Source: Geosiphon pyriformis uo1 (Eukaryota; Fungi; Glomeromycota). Taken from it: a DNA stretch of 64,000 nucleotides. The notes below the pieces were generated by a model. That model did no database searches and was not told the DNA's origin. It saw nothing but the letters and a program-made list of their open reading frames with translations. Positions 1 to 12,812 of the stretch are shown here, in pieces (position 1 is the first letter of the stretch; every line of letters begins with the position of its first letter). A program made the translations under genes and the position numbers. Location: NCBI GenBank assembly GCA_016748015.1, contig JAAOMT010000175.1, positions 229,395 through 293,394 on the forward strand, written 5' to 3'.

Positions 1-888
1 GTTTTTAACATTCTGGCAGCATTCCATCTATTTGCATCTCCAGCTTTAGTAACTTGGTCGAGCCATTCTTGGGAACTGGTCTCAATGTCTTTTCCATTAA
101 ATTCAGAGATTTTTGCAATATATGCTGTCATTTCGTCTTTTTCGTTTTTACTGTCTATTGATTCTTTTTTAGATATTTCAGAGTTGTTTTCTTTGTTCGC
201 TACTGTCTCAGAGTGTTCACTTTGATTTTCAGCTAGAAAGTCAAGGAGATTGGAACTAGTTTGAAGGGGTTCTTGTTGTTTGGTGGGACTTCTGAGTGAT
301 GAAAAATCTTCTGGTCTTGCAAATCAATTTAAGAGTGAATTAGGTGTTTGTGCTTGTGCAAGTAAAGCTGGAAAAGGTGTAATAGTAAGTAAAAGTTTTG
401 AACTGGTTCCTTGTTCAGGTGTTTGTAAGTGTTTGGCAGTTGTTTGTGATAGTATTGGAGTATTTGGTGTGGTTTTTGAGTATTGCTTCAATTTTTGTTT
501 GCCTTTGTTGCTTGTTTCTGTTTCTGCTTCAAAATCAATAGAGTATTGAGATTATACTGGATATGTTTTTTCACAGTACTGGATAATGTTAAAATTAAGT
601 TCTTGAAAGTAGATAGCAAGTGTTTCACTGTTCAGGTCTTCTGTTTCCAATCGTAAATAATGCACTAAATTATTGTAAAGGTTGTTTCTGACTTCTGAAA
701 TGTTGTAGTTTCCAAAAAAATAATTGTTGATGCAGTTCTTAATGTATTGGTATACTGATTTCTTGACAATTTCAATTCTGTCTGGAATGTTAAATCTTTG
801 CTTGCAGTGGGTGTAAATTGACTGGTAATACTCTAGAGTTGTTGTGTCTGGTGTGGTTGCTACTTTGAATTTGTTGTTATTGTGTTAT
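1..888 (-). pseudogene. Family A gag N-terminal region, with stops
   Basis: Frame TPDTTTLEYYQSIYTHCKQRFNIPD.. follows the PBS and is conserved with 63870-64000. No capsid motif is recognisable within the window. Confidence 0.55.
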
Positions 889-906
889 TTTCATGGGAGA
901 GCACCA
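889..906 (-). promoter_or_regulatory. Primer binding site, family A (TGGTGCTCTCCC...)
   Basis: TGG (complement of tRNA CCA) 2 nt after the LTR end. The same motif is at 63830. Confidence 0.7.
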
Positions 907-908
907 AA

Positions 909-1886
909 TATTACCAGAGGTTTTTGGTCTTTTCTTAGCTCTCGTATGTTTGTTGTAATGCTGTTAATTCACGACTATGAGAAGTGTTTGAACCTCTGAT
1001 AACTGAATTTTATCTTCAAATTATTTCCTATAATTTGAACTGCTGGGCTTATAGTGGAATAACCAATTCTGTGCCAGTTGCTTTGTATAGTTATGTTGTA
1101 GTAAATGTCAACTCTTTTCCAGGAAATGCTTATCTGGAAGCTCACTAAAAATGTGTAGTTACTTTGCTGTGAAAGTCAACTCTTTTACAGGAATCTCGTC
1201 TATAGGCTACCCTAATGATTGTAATAAGAAAAGAAAAGAAAATAAAAGAAATGTAAAAGAAATAGGATTTTATCAAGGGAAACGTTTTCTATTCAGGCCT
1301 GGAGTGACTAACAGTTTACTGAAATTGGTAGCTAATCAATTTCAAAATGTTAGTTGGATTTTGAAAATTTTCCAAGTGCAAATAATTAAAGAATTTGGTT
1401 TTTCGAATTATTTGATATTTATTTCTTTTTGTGTATATAGGAATGGTTCTAAGTAATAAATCTAAAGTAAGATATATTTTCTCAAAGAGAGAAGCTCTTC
1501 TTTTATACAACTTGTCATAACACTATTCTATGAACTTGAACTTTGCTCTTTTCTACAATTTTACTAAACTAAAGATACATTTTGGCAAACTACACTTATT
1601 TCTGCGAACTATTAGATATTTCGGTGAACTATCAATTATTTTGGCAAATTTCTACAAATTTTGGCAAACTTTTGAATGTTACATATTTCGGGGTATTGCA
1701 TAATTGATCATCACAATTAGGTTACATCTGTGTTATGTACAAATTGAGTTATTAATTAAATAATAATTTCAGACATTTTGCTAATGTAATAAGTGATAAT
1801 TTGAAATGATAATATATGCTAATTAATGATAGGAATTATAAAAATAATTTCATGCTAAATAATATTTCTAATTTTGTCTAATAACA
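909..1886 (-). repeat. Family A 5' LTR (~978 bp)
   Basis: Ends are decayed TGTTACCAGA...TCTGGTAACA inverted termini. Matches 62857-63827. Contains a ~20-bp tandem array (1578-1672) and TATAAAA near 1502-1508 on the minus strand. Confidence 0.85.
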
Positions 1887-2460
1887 ATTACCAATTGAGA
1901 TAAAAGTCAACACTTATCCAACAAAACCAATAACTGAAAATAATTCTCAGGAAACGTTGCTAAGAAAAACATATAACTTGATGGAAACTTTAGATGACAA
2001 ATGACAAAAAGCAGCTAACAATATCCAAAAGTCACAAGAAAAGCAAAAAAAATGACATGATAATCAACTACCAAATAAACCAGTTGAATTCAAGATTGGA
2101 GACAAAGTACTTCTATATCATACCAAAGCAGAAAAACAATAGAGTGAAAAATTTGATCCCAAATGGGATGGACCATTTTACATAGAAGAAATTCTTGAGA
2201 ATAGAGCTTATAAATTAAGATAAGACAACAAAATTTTAGCCAAAGCAGCACATGGTGATCAACTGAAACAATATTACCAGATAGCATCATCATCCACCAA
2301 TAACATTCCACAACTGGGAGTACAAAGAATACTAGTTCAACCAGATGAAATTCCATGAGATCTGGAACCAATCATAATTATTAAACCAAACACATCAAAT
2401 TGAACAAACCCAAAGAATATATAAAGGCACAATATATGCAACAAAAGCAACCAAGATAAA

Positions 2461-3092
2461 ATAGAAATACCAAATCATATTCACACCATAGCTCAATAAT
2501 TATTCTAGGCCTTAAGTTAACAACCTCGGAATATGGAAATTATTGTTAACAACCAAACAATTTGCTATCAAAACACTCAAAAAAAAAAGAATACACTATA
2601 CCAGTGACCACCAAAGAATGACAAAAACTGGACAGATAAATTAATAGAAAAAGTGAAGAACACTTTTGGGAAAATACCTGTCATGGCACCAACAGAAAAA
2701 CTTACAAAAGAGAATTAGAAGCAATAAACAAAACAACTTCCAATCTCATATTGCTACTACCAATTAGGTCAGAAGTTGAACATTTAGGAATTGTATATTG
2801 ACAAATCCAAAAAAATATTTAACTAAAACATAATATAACAAATTGAAAAATTTATTGGAAAGAAGACAAATGCAATGCTACATGTGAGAACAATTTACCA
2901 ACTGCACAACATATTCAGAACTATCCAGAAATACTGTTACATTTGGAAATGGAAACCATAACCATTAACCAATGGAGAAGAATGAACAATACACAATTAA
3001 AAGATGTGAAAAACAAAGTCAAACAAACAATACTTAAAAAAAAAGTATTGGAATTAATTCAAAACGAAGATTTTGATGAAGCTCAATATTAA
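2461..3092 (+). pseudogene. ORF3 of B1 (accessory ORF, unknown function)
   Basis: Homologous to 9282-9920 and 51350-51979. Start codon ATG>ATA. Ends ..DFDEAQY*. Confidence 0.7.
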
Positions 3093-3107
3093 AAAAAGAA
3101 GAGATAA

Positions 3108-3962
3108 TGTTACTCATGAAAAGGAAACAGATATAGGGAAAATAGTAGACCAATAGTTGAATAGTATTTAGCACATAAGCACATTGCTCAGCAACATAAA
3201 ACAATGATAGAAATCATGACACATTGCTCAGCAATGTGGAGCAATGTCAAAAAGTATGACACATTGCTCAGCAATGTGGAGTGATGTTAGAAAATTAGAG
3301 CACATTGCTCAGCAACATGAGCATTGCTCAAGAAATCATAGCACATCACTCGTGAATGTAAGTGATCTCATAGAACATCAAATATGTATATATAGCAGTA
3401 GTGCTAGAAGTAGAAAGAACAGGATTCATCAGTTAGAAGTCTTTCACATCACAAATATCAATAAATAATTATTCACTATCTCAATTCACTTTCTACTATC
3501 AACACTTTATGTTGATAGTAATTGATACTTAACCACACTGAAACAATAGCTCTTGATCACAGCTATTGATGGGATACTAACTTGCAATTGTTTTCATTGA
3601 TTTCTTTATTTTTTTTTTATTTTTTTTGTTTTAATTATTTCTTTGGTTTTACTAAAAATTGATTAAAGATTAAGTGCTGAGATACAGACATTATAGTGAC
3701 TGGTAAAAGTCCCGTGAAACAAGAGTAAAACACTCATAGATTTGAGGATAGCTTACCAGAAAGATTACCAGCCACCATGCTGAGAAAAAAATTCGACGGA
3801 ATTGCGATTCTGGGAGGCTACTGAAAACAACTATTAAATCTCTGTCCATTATACAAAGAACTTCACAACCAAAACCTTCAGATATCAACACCCAAGTACC
3901 AATTAAGCACCAAGTTACAGATTTGTTATTTGACTTGAGACCCCAAATAATCATCTGTAACA
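3108..3962 (+). repeat. B1 3' LTR (855 bp)
   Basis: TGTTA...TAACA ends. R/U5 is similar to the LTRs at 9934, 35520 and 51993, but the U3 repeat array is different. Confidence 0.9.
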
Positions 3963-6900
3963 ACACCAAACCAATCATCGCCATGTACACTGACACAAAA
4001 GTTGATAGTTATGCCATCAAACTGATTCTAGATAGTGGATTAGCTGGCAGCATCATTACCAAGCAACTCATGGATCAATTAAGTCACTGAGTTGACCATG
4101 CTGTCAGCACCAGAATTATTACAGCCAATGGAGCAACTAAAACTTCTATTGGTAAAATAGATGACTTTTCAATTAAAATCAATAGTATTACAGTACCAAT
4201 CAAAGTTCTGGTCATGGAAGCTACTCAGTACCAAGCTCTAGTTGGTAATGATTGGCTATTCAAAACCAACATGACACTTGACTGGACAACACAAGAGTTG
4301 CAAATCAGTTAGAACGGCTGACATACACGAGTACCAACAACATGTGGCCATTTCAAACCCAGCCTTAAGATGCAACCATTCATTGACTTTGAAGAAGAAG
4401 AAAAAAACCTACTTGGAAAGCTTATTAAGTCTCGTGGGGTGACAGCAACCACAACAAACTACCACCAATACTATTCTGGGATGACAACAACAAAAAAAAG
4501 CAGAAGGAAAAACTTACCTGAAACACTAACCAAGTCTAGGAAATTGACAACAACCAAAAAGAACTAATAAATTGGAAATGGAAAGAAAATAAAAAGAGAA
4601 AAAAAAAGGGGAAGAAAGAAGAACCAACACCTAACAGCACCACTACTTATAATTTCTATACTACACCCCAATAATTCACTTATCACTGCCCAAAACTGGT
4701 ATGCATTGATTGCAACAAGAAATTGTCATCAATGGGCACTTGTTGTGGCAACAATGAGGAATACATTTCGGCAACCAAATTCTACTACCACCCATGCATT
4801 ATTGAACACTTTGGAAGACCAAAACAAGTTGGGAAATAGAACAATGAATCATGTTTGGCTTGTGAAAAAACTCTCTCAGACAAAAGAATGTGAAACAACA
4901 TTCCTAAACATGAAGGAACATACAATGAAATGTGTCAGTATACAATTCTAATCAATGACTGGGTACACAAAGAAACACCAATCAATGACATTTGGAAAAA
5001 AGCATTGTGACAATTGGAAGAATATTCTCATGACAAACATGAATTCTGGAGAATAGCATATGTGAAAACAGAAGGTATGACAACCAGTGAACTCCTAGAA
5101 ATCAAAAACAACCCTCTGTCTCTTCCTGAACCCAAATACATCCAAACTTTTGATGTCTTTGGTAACATCAAAGACAATCCAGAGGAATTCCATGAACATT
5201 ACCAATGATTAGCACTTACCAGAAAAGAACAAAAGCAGTATTTGAAACAGTTGAATACTTGATTATGTCAACATTGCTTAATTCCATGTAACTTCCAGTA
5301 TTGTAATGAATGTGATTTCATCTACAATCCACCATCACGCATGATTTACACAATTCTAGAGGAAGACAAACCAATTAGCTGCTGTGCATTAGAATCAGAA
5401 TCAACTTTCAATCCCAATTCAAACTTCAAAAATAATAATGACAAAAACAATGATTCCAGCTCCACTCAATATGACAACAAAAATAACAACAATTTGGACT
5501 CTGATTCAAACCCCAAAACATATATTGCACTCCCTGATCTTACCAAGGAGCAGGAACTGAAATGGTTCAGCAATAATAATAAAGATATTATGCTTAAACA
5601 TATGCATAATACTAATGCAGAGTTTGATCTAAAATATCCAAAGAAAGATTCCATTAAATTGGAACCAAATTCACGCACATGTATTGATCTTAAGATAGCA
5701 CTAGAAATTCTAGCAACAACAATGGTTCAACTAGCATCTAGGAGTAGTTTAGTGAAAAAGGAGATTAACATCAGAGAAGGAATAATTGATGCAAGATATG
5801 TAGGAAATATCATTGCTATGCTACAAAATGACTCAAAAAAAGCATATATCATAGATTTAAATAAAAAAATAGCACAGGCAATCTTCCTACCTCTGGTAAA
5901 AGTAGCTTAGCTAATGTCAGTGAAAAACAGGGAAGAATTAGGAATTACAGCTAAAGAGATACAGAAATTTGAATCAATGAATAGAATAGATATACCAGTT
6001 AATATAGCAGAAGAAGAAGTTATTGACAAAAAAGAAATTATTTTAACCTGTCAATCAATTTCTATTCTACCATATGACCAGTATATGTTAGCCATAAAAA
6101 GAGAAGTAAAGAATCAAGTTTAGTTGTTTAAAGCAGAAGCTACTGTTTGCAAATCAGGAGAAATTGGACTTACTAATCTCTATATATTAGCTAAAAGCCC
6201 AAAAAACATCAAAATTTTCATCTACAACACAACAAAAAGTGTCATTGAAATACCAAAGGGAATCATTATTGAATATTTAACCACCAAAGTTGAGAATTAA
6301 CCACCAAACCACATTTCAGATTTTCCACAGCTTTGTGAATATGTGGATATTACATTACAAACCATCTATGAACAAAGTGAATGTTATCTGCTCCAACCAG
6401 AACAATTAGAACAGATAAACATGAAGAATTTAGACCCACTCCAACAAATGCAACTAAAGATGTTACTCAGCAATTTCAATGACATCTTTGCTAGTGAAAA
6501 TGAATTTGGCCACACCAATATCATCCAGCATTAGATCAAAACTGGAGATGCAATGCCAATTAAACAAAGAGCATACAGAGTACCACCAGCTAGCCATGAG
6601 ATCATTTGTCAAGAAATCAATCGGATGTTTGACAATGAGCTAATTTAGTCATCAATGAGTTTATAGTTGTCACCAGTAATACTAATTCGAAAGAAGAATG
6701 GGAAAATCTGTTTTTGTGTGGATTATAAGAAACTAAATGGAGTAACAAAAGGAGACAGCTACCCAACTCCACAGATTCAAGAGTTATTCAATGCTTTCGG
6801 TAGAAATAAATGGTTTTCAACATTAGATCTAGATAGTGGTTACTGACAAATAGCCATGAATTCAGCTGACAAAAAAAAACTGTGTTTACAACAAAAGAAG

Positions 6901-7814
6901 GGAATTTTGAATTTGAAGTTATGCCATTTGGCTTGATAAATGCTCCAACAACATTCCAACAGCTTATGGAAATTGTCTATACTGGATTACTATAGAAATC
7001 AGTAGTCATATACTTGAATGACACCAATGTGTTCTCAAAAACATTTGATGATCATCTGCATTATCTCCAACAAGTGTTTGAAAAACTAAGAAAAGCCAGA
7101 TTAAAATTAAATACAACTAAATGTTTCTTTGGAAAAACTGAACTCAGGTTTTTGGAACATGTGGTAAGCAAAGACAGAATCAAAATAGATCCAGACAAGA
7201 TTAAAGTAGTTAAAAACTTTTCAGTACTAACCAACTTGACAAAACTAAGAGCATTTTTGGGGTTTTGCAGGCTATTATTGCTATTTATCAAAGACTTTTC
7301 GAAACTGGCTCAGCCATTTCACCATCTACAAACCAAAAATATGAAGTATAAATAGACTAAAACTCAACAAGAAGTGTTTGACACATTAAGAAAAAAGCTT
7401 ATTCAAGCTCTAGTATTAATGTATCCAGATCACAACAAACCATTTATAATCACTACTGATGCATCAGGCCAAGCATTGGGAGCAGTACTATTACAGAGAA
7501 GACCAGATAGAAGAGAACATCCAGTAGTTTATGCCAGTAGAAGCTTAAATCTAGCTGAAAAGAATTACAGAACTCCAGCATTAGAGCACTTAGCTATCTA
7601 TTGGGCTGTCACCAAATGGAAAGAATATTTGAGCCAAAAGTTTGATGTTTACACTAATCACAAAAGATTGACTTCAATTCAGAAACAAGAATTTGGAGAT
7701 GATTGCCATGCCAAATAAAAAATAGAACTTGCACCATTTAATTATACAGTACATTATAAAAAAAAAAAAGAAAATGGAAATGCTAATGAATTGTTGCAAA
7801 TGAGACAAATCTAA
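3963..7814 (+). pseudogene. B2 PR-Cys-rich-dUTPase-RT-RNaseH polyprotein, disrupted
   Basis: ORF fragments at 5341, 5914, 6343, 7014 and 7374. Ends ..NANELLQMRQI* at 7812-7814. Confidence 0.9.
5590..5985 (+). pseudogene. dUTPase domain in B2
   Basis: Decayed dUTPase motifs HNTNAEFDL, RSSL, GIIDARYVGNI, IAQAI, KEIQKFES. Confidence 0.85.
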
Positions 7815-7845
7815 AAGCATTTCAACCCAAAAATATAACAAAAAA

Positions 7846-9227
7846 ATGAATATACAAAAATACCAACAACTCTAACATTATATAAATACCCAATTGTTCA
7901 AAGAGAAATTATCTCAAAAAGAACAAAACAACATAAAACAACAATCAAAATATTTTATTAACCACCAAAATATACTTTACTGAAAAAACAGAAAGAACCC
8001 AGATCAACCAATCAGAGTAATTACAAAACCAAAAAAAGAGACAATATTGTTCAACATGCACTCAAATTTAACAGCAGGATATTTTCATAAAGAAGCAACC
8101 ATGAAAAGAACCAGAAAGAGATACTATTGGCCATCAATGTATCCAAACATTATCTAATATGTTCAAAATTGTGATGCTTGTCAGAAAAGAGGAGAAGCAA
8201 GACCAAATGAACTATTAAGACCAATCAAAGTGGGACAACCATTCGATTGAATTGGAATTGATCTAATTAGACCATTAACAATAACCAGCAAAGACAACAA
8301 ATACATTGCAGTAGCCATAGACTATCTGATAAAATGGCCAGAAGCAAAAGCAATTCAAAGAGCAGATGCAAAATTCATTGCCGAATTTGTCCATCAAGAT
8401 TTGATTTGTCAACATGAATGTCCAAAAGAACTATTATCAGATCAAAAAACTCACTTTGTAAATAGAACATTAGCAGAATTAAGTTAGAGATTTGGAATTA
8501 AAAAACCATTATCATCACCATACCATCTACAAACTAATGGGTTAGTTGAAAAGTTTAACAGAACATTATGTGAAGCAATTGCCAAGATCAGTCAAGAAAA
8601 CCAGAACAAATAGGATTTGTTCATACCATCAGTATTATTTGCTTATCAGACAATGAAACAAGACACTACACAAGCAACACCATTTGAATTAGTATACAGT
8701 AGAACAGCAACATTACCAGTTGAGATAGAAGTCAATACTTATCTAGTGGAACCAATAACTGAAGATAATTTTCAGAAAACATTGTTAAGAAGAACATATA
8801 ACTTAATAAAAACTCTAGAAACAAGCAATGAAAAACAGCTGATAATATCCAAAAGTTACAAAAAAAACAAAAAGAAAGACATGATAACCAACTACCAGAC
8901 AAACCAGTTGAATTCAAGATTGGAGACAAAGTACTTTTACATCATACCAAAGTAGAAAAACAATGAAGTGAAAAATTTGACCCCAAATAGGACAGACCAT
9001 TTCACATAGAAGAAATTCTTGGAAATGGAGCTTATAAATTAAGATGGGACAACAAAATCTTAGTCAAAACAGCACATGGTGATTGACTGAAACCATATTA
9101 CCATATAGGATCACCATTTACCAGTAATATTCTACAATTAAGAGTATAGAGAATACTAGTACAACCAGATGAGATTTCACAAGATCTGGAACCAATTATT
9201 ATTATTAGACCAAACACATAAAATTAA
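7846..9227 (+). pseudogene. B2 integrase (separate ATG)
   Basis: MNIQKYQQL start, HHCC (H..H/Y..CDAC), IGIDL / SDQ / QTNGLVE core, GPF-like motif. No chromodomain. Confidence 0.9.
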
Positions 9228-9281
9228 ACAATAAAAAGAGTATATAAAGACATAGTAGACGTAATGAAAGACTCCAGAAAA

Positions 9282-9920
9282 ATGAAAATTACCAACAATA
9301 TTTACTCACTAGCACAACAACTCTTTCAATTAATTCAACAACAAGAAATGAAAATCACAATCAATCAACAAATCATCAAATATACAAACACCAGAAAAAG
9401 ACTATGGGATAAAGTACAGAGGAAAACAGAAAATACTGTTGACAAAATAATGGCAAAAGTGAAACTGGCAATAGAAACACAACCCAAAATCACCCAATAT
9501 CAAGAGTTGACTATAGAAACCTGGAATTGGTGAATACAACAATTTCCAAGAAACTTTTGTTATTTTTACTTGAAACAATATGTGAACATCCAGAATTTAT
9601 ACACAGATAAAACAAAATGATTATTTAACACAAAAATACTACAACAACTGGAACAATTTGTGGGAAAAAACAATTTAACCATACAAACAAGAGCCATTTA
9701 TTGGCTATATACTGGATTTCAAGATCAACCAGAAATCTTGTTCAACACTGAAATAGACACTGTTACTGTCAACCAAATGGGAAAAATAACCAATGCTCAA
9801 TTTGGAGAATTACAGGACAAGATAACACAAATAATTTTCAGAAAAAAAGTTCAAAAACTACTCAAAAATGGAGAATTAGAACTAAGAGATTTAGGAAATC
9901 TCAACAGAGCTCAATATTAA
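9282..9920 (+). pseudogene. ORF3 of B2
   Basis: ORF-track pieces 9264-9533 and 9660-9920 are in one frame. Ends ..NRAQY* just before the PPT. Confidence 0.75.
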
Positions 9921-9933
9921 AAAGAAAGAATAA

Positions 9934-10779
9934 TATTACTCATAAAATATAAGAAAGATATTAGTATATAAATTAGCCAATCAAAAGTAGCCATAGTAAA
10001 TATGAAATTCCAGAATTTCTTTCAAGAGGAATTGCAGAATTCTAAGAATTTTAGGATTCTTGTACAAAAAATTGCAGGATTCCAGAATTCCAGAATTCCT
10101 CTCAAAAGAAATTGCAGGATTCCGGAAATTGCAGAATTCCTGGCATAAAGAATCAAGGAATTGAGAAATCTCAATTATATATATATAGCAGTAACATTAG
10201 AAGTAGAAAAGACAGACCTCCCAGTTTAAATTTGTTTTAAACAACCTTCCACATCAATAAATAACTATTTGTTATCTTAATTCACTCTCTACTATCAACA
10301 CTATATGTTGATAGCAATTAATACTTAACCACACTGGAACAATAGCTTTTGATTATTACTATTGACAGGATATTAACTTGCAATTGCTTTTGTTTATTTT
10401 CTTTTATTTTTTTTTATTTCTTTGTTTTACTAATTAATTGAGGATTAAGTGCTGAGTTATTGATATCAAGAATAGTCTGGTAAAAGACCCCAAAGGAAGG
10501 GTATAAGAATTATATATATTAACGGATAGCTTACCAGAAGGGCATTTCTGTCAGATTACTGGCTATTACACTGAGAAAAAAATTTGATGGAATTGTGATT
10601 CTGGAAGACTACTGAAAAGACAACCATTGAATTTCTGTTCATTATACAAAGAACTCAATCAAAACTTTCAAATAAATACAATGTACCAATATTACTATCA
10701 TCATCTATTAGATTAGTCACTGAGCACCAAATTATGGATTTGTTATTTGAATTGAGACCCCAAATAATCATCTGTAATA
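9934..10779 (+). repeat. B2 3' LTR
   Basis: Decayed ends TATTACTCAT...TGTAATA. GAATTCCAGGA-type array at 10005-10170. Confidence 0.85.
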
Positions 10780-11397
10780 ACATCAAATATTGGACTTCCA
10801 TATGACTTCTTGAAAAGCTTTTTCTGGTTTTTTTCACTTCTTTTTAAGTATGCTGCAACTGTTGTTATCTTGTGTTTTTAATTCTTTTGTGTTTATGGCT
10901 TTTTATAAGGGTTTTGTTTTTAATAGTTGGTTTTGCAAAGCTGTTTTCATCTTCCATAATTCCAAGATTGCTGGTTTGAAGGTTGTTAAATTTGTGTGCT
11001 TTCTTGGTCTTGCCTTTAAGGATGATGTCTGAGTAATTTATGCTAAACATTGTGCCTATATAAAAAAAGCCGGATTGATTCTATTGGATGGTTTGGCTCT
11101 TGTGTCAGTTTTTGGTTTGGCATTGGGATTTTTTGCTAATATGGTCAAATTGTTTGGCATCACTGAAGCTTTTGGCGTTTGTTTTGGGTTTTGCAAATCT
11201 TGTTTATTTTTTTTAGGTTTAAGTAACTTGATCTCAGTTTATATAGCTGTATAGTATTGTTCTAATTGGCCTAAGTGGCTGGTTACATGTAGAAAGTATA
11301 TGATTTATGCTTAGTTTAAATCATTTCTTTGATATATAGTACTAGATAATGTTTGGACCTCACTCATTAAATAATAAAAATAAAATAAAATAAAAAC
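10780..11397 (+). mobile_element. LINE copy 1, 3' fragment (host of B2)
   Basis: ORF 10850 (QLLLSCVF..YKGFVFNSWF) matches the ORF2 C-terminus at 54883-55569. The 3' UTR and A/TAA-rich tail are at ~11368-11397. Confidence 0.85.
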
Positions 11398-11399
11398 TA

Positions 11400-12669
11400 G
11401 ATAAAAAAACTGTTTATTAATAATAGTATTATGATTTAAAAATTTAATAAAAAAATTATAAAATAATATAAATTAGTTAATCAAAATATAGCACAATAAT
11501 AATCTTAAAAAAATAATAATTAATATAGTAGCAAGTATTATTTTACAATAGTAATAAGCATTAATTTATAATAATAATAAATACCAAATTAAAATATCAA
11601 AAAAAAGTATTATAATATGTTTTTTTATAAAATTATAAATATATATATAATAGTTTTAATATTAAAAAAAAACAATTTTGCCAGTTTTTATTTTTTTATT
11701 TTAATTATTATTTAGTTTTTATTTTTAAAAAAAAATTTAAATCAAAAAAAAACAAAAATAATATTAAAAACCAAATTATTTTAATTAAAAGTATTAAAAA
11801 ACTTACTAATATTATTTATTAATATTTATTAATTAAATTTTTTAGAAAAATAATTTTTGATTAAGATTATTTATATTATTATTAATTAATAAAAGTTTTA
11901 TTGTAAAAATTAGGAAAAACACTAAAGATTATTAATATTTTATATTTTTAGCTTAAAAAAACACTTTAAATATATACAAGAATAATTTCAAAAAATTTTA
12001 CTACTGTAAATAGATTTTAGATTAGCCTTTAAAAAAAAATATATAAACATATATAATTATTAGAAATTGAAAAATAATTTACATTATAATATTAAAGAAA
12101 AATTTTTTAGTATAATATTAGATTTATTACAAATAAAATTAAAAATTTATAAGAAACTAATTATAATTAAAACAGATATAATAATAATTAATATACTAAA
12201 AAAATTATTTTATAACAATAATTTTTTTTAGTATTATATTAAAAAAAAATTTATATTTGAATTGGTTTTAGTCAAGTTAAACTTAAAAAGACTTTTTATA
12301 AAAAAAAAATTTTAAGATATTTATATATATATTTTTTTTGGCAATAATAATTAATTAACAAAAAAATTACAATAATTTTTTGTTAATAGAAATAGTAATT
12401 ATTTATCTGTATTAATTACAATAGTATTAATTTTAAAAAATTCACTAACAATATTAAAAATATATTAAATAATTATATAATTATTATTTATTTAAATAGT
12501 ATTATTTGCAAATATATTTATAATAAAATATAAAATAAAACTATTTTGGTTTTTAATACAGCCTATTTTAACTATTAAACTAGTGTTTACACAATAATTA
12601 AAGAATTGTTTATGCTATTTAACTTTACATAAAAAAAATTATAAAATATGTATTATAACAAAAAAAAAC
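11400..12669. other. Extremely AT-rich desert (probably decayed TE)
   Basis: Almost no G/C and no ORFs. Origin could not be assigned by eye. Confidence 0.6.
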
Positions 12670-12812
12670 TTTATCTTAATTTTTTATTATTATTATTTAA
12701 CAAGTAAAGTCCAAATATTGCTTAGTTCTATATATCAAAAAAATAATCTATATTAGATGTAAATCATGCTTTTTCTACACGTAACTAGCCACTTGGACTG
12801 ATCAGAACAATA

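Larger units (their letters stand above)
1..1886 (-). mobile_element. LTR retrotransposon family A, copy 1 (5' LTR, PBS and start of gag; continues off the left edge)
   Basis: Reverse complement of 62857-64000. The LTR boundary at 1886 interrupts the family-B integrase sequence (gcaac|attacc, compare 8707-8716). TGG-initiated PBS sits 2 nt inside the LTR. Confidence 0.85.
1887..3962 (+). mobile_element. Gypsy-type family B, copy B1 (integrase tail, ORF3, PPT, 3' LTR)
   Basis: 1887-2403 aligns to integrase C-termini at 8712-9227 and 50779-51295 (KWDGPF motif). A purine tract precedes TGTTACTCAT at 3108. The LTR ends TGTAACA at 3962, inside the protease region of copy B2. Confidence 0.9.
3963..10779 (+). 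mobile_element. Gypsy-type family B, copy B2 (protease to 3' LTR; 5' part displaced off-window)
   Basis: Collinear with B3 38770-52822 minus the C insertion. PR LILDSG at ~4020, dUTPase, RT, RNaseH TTDASGQALGAVL, integrase, ORF3, LTR. Confidence 0.92.

Noticed and set aside
3179-3370. CRISPR-like palindromic repeats with spacers
   Set aside because: Inside an LTR U3 in a eukaryotic context, spacers resemble each other, and there are no cas genes.
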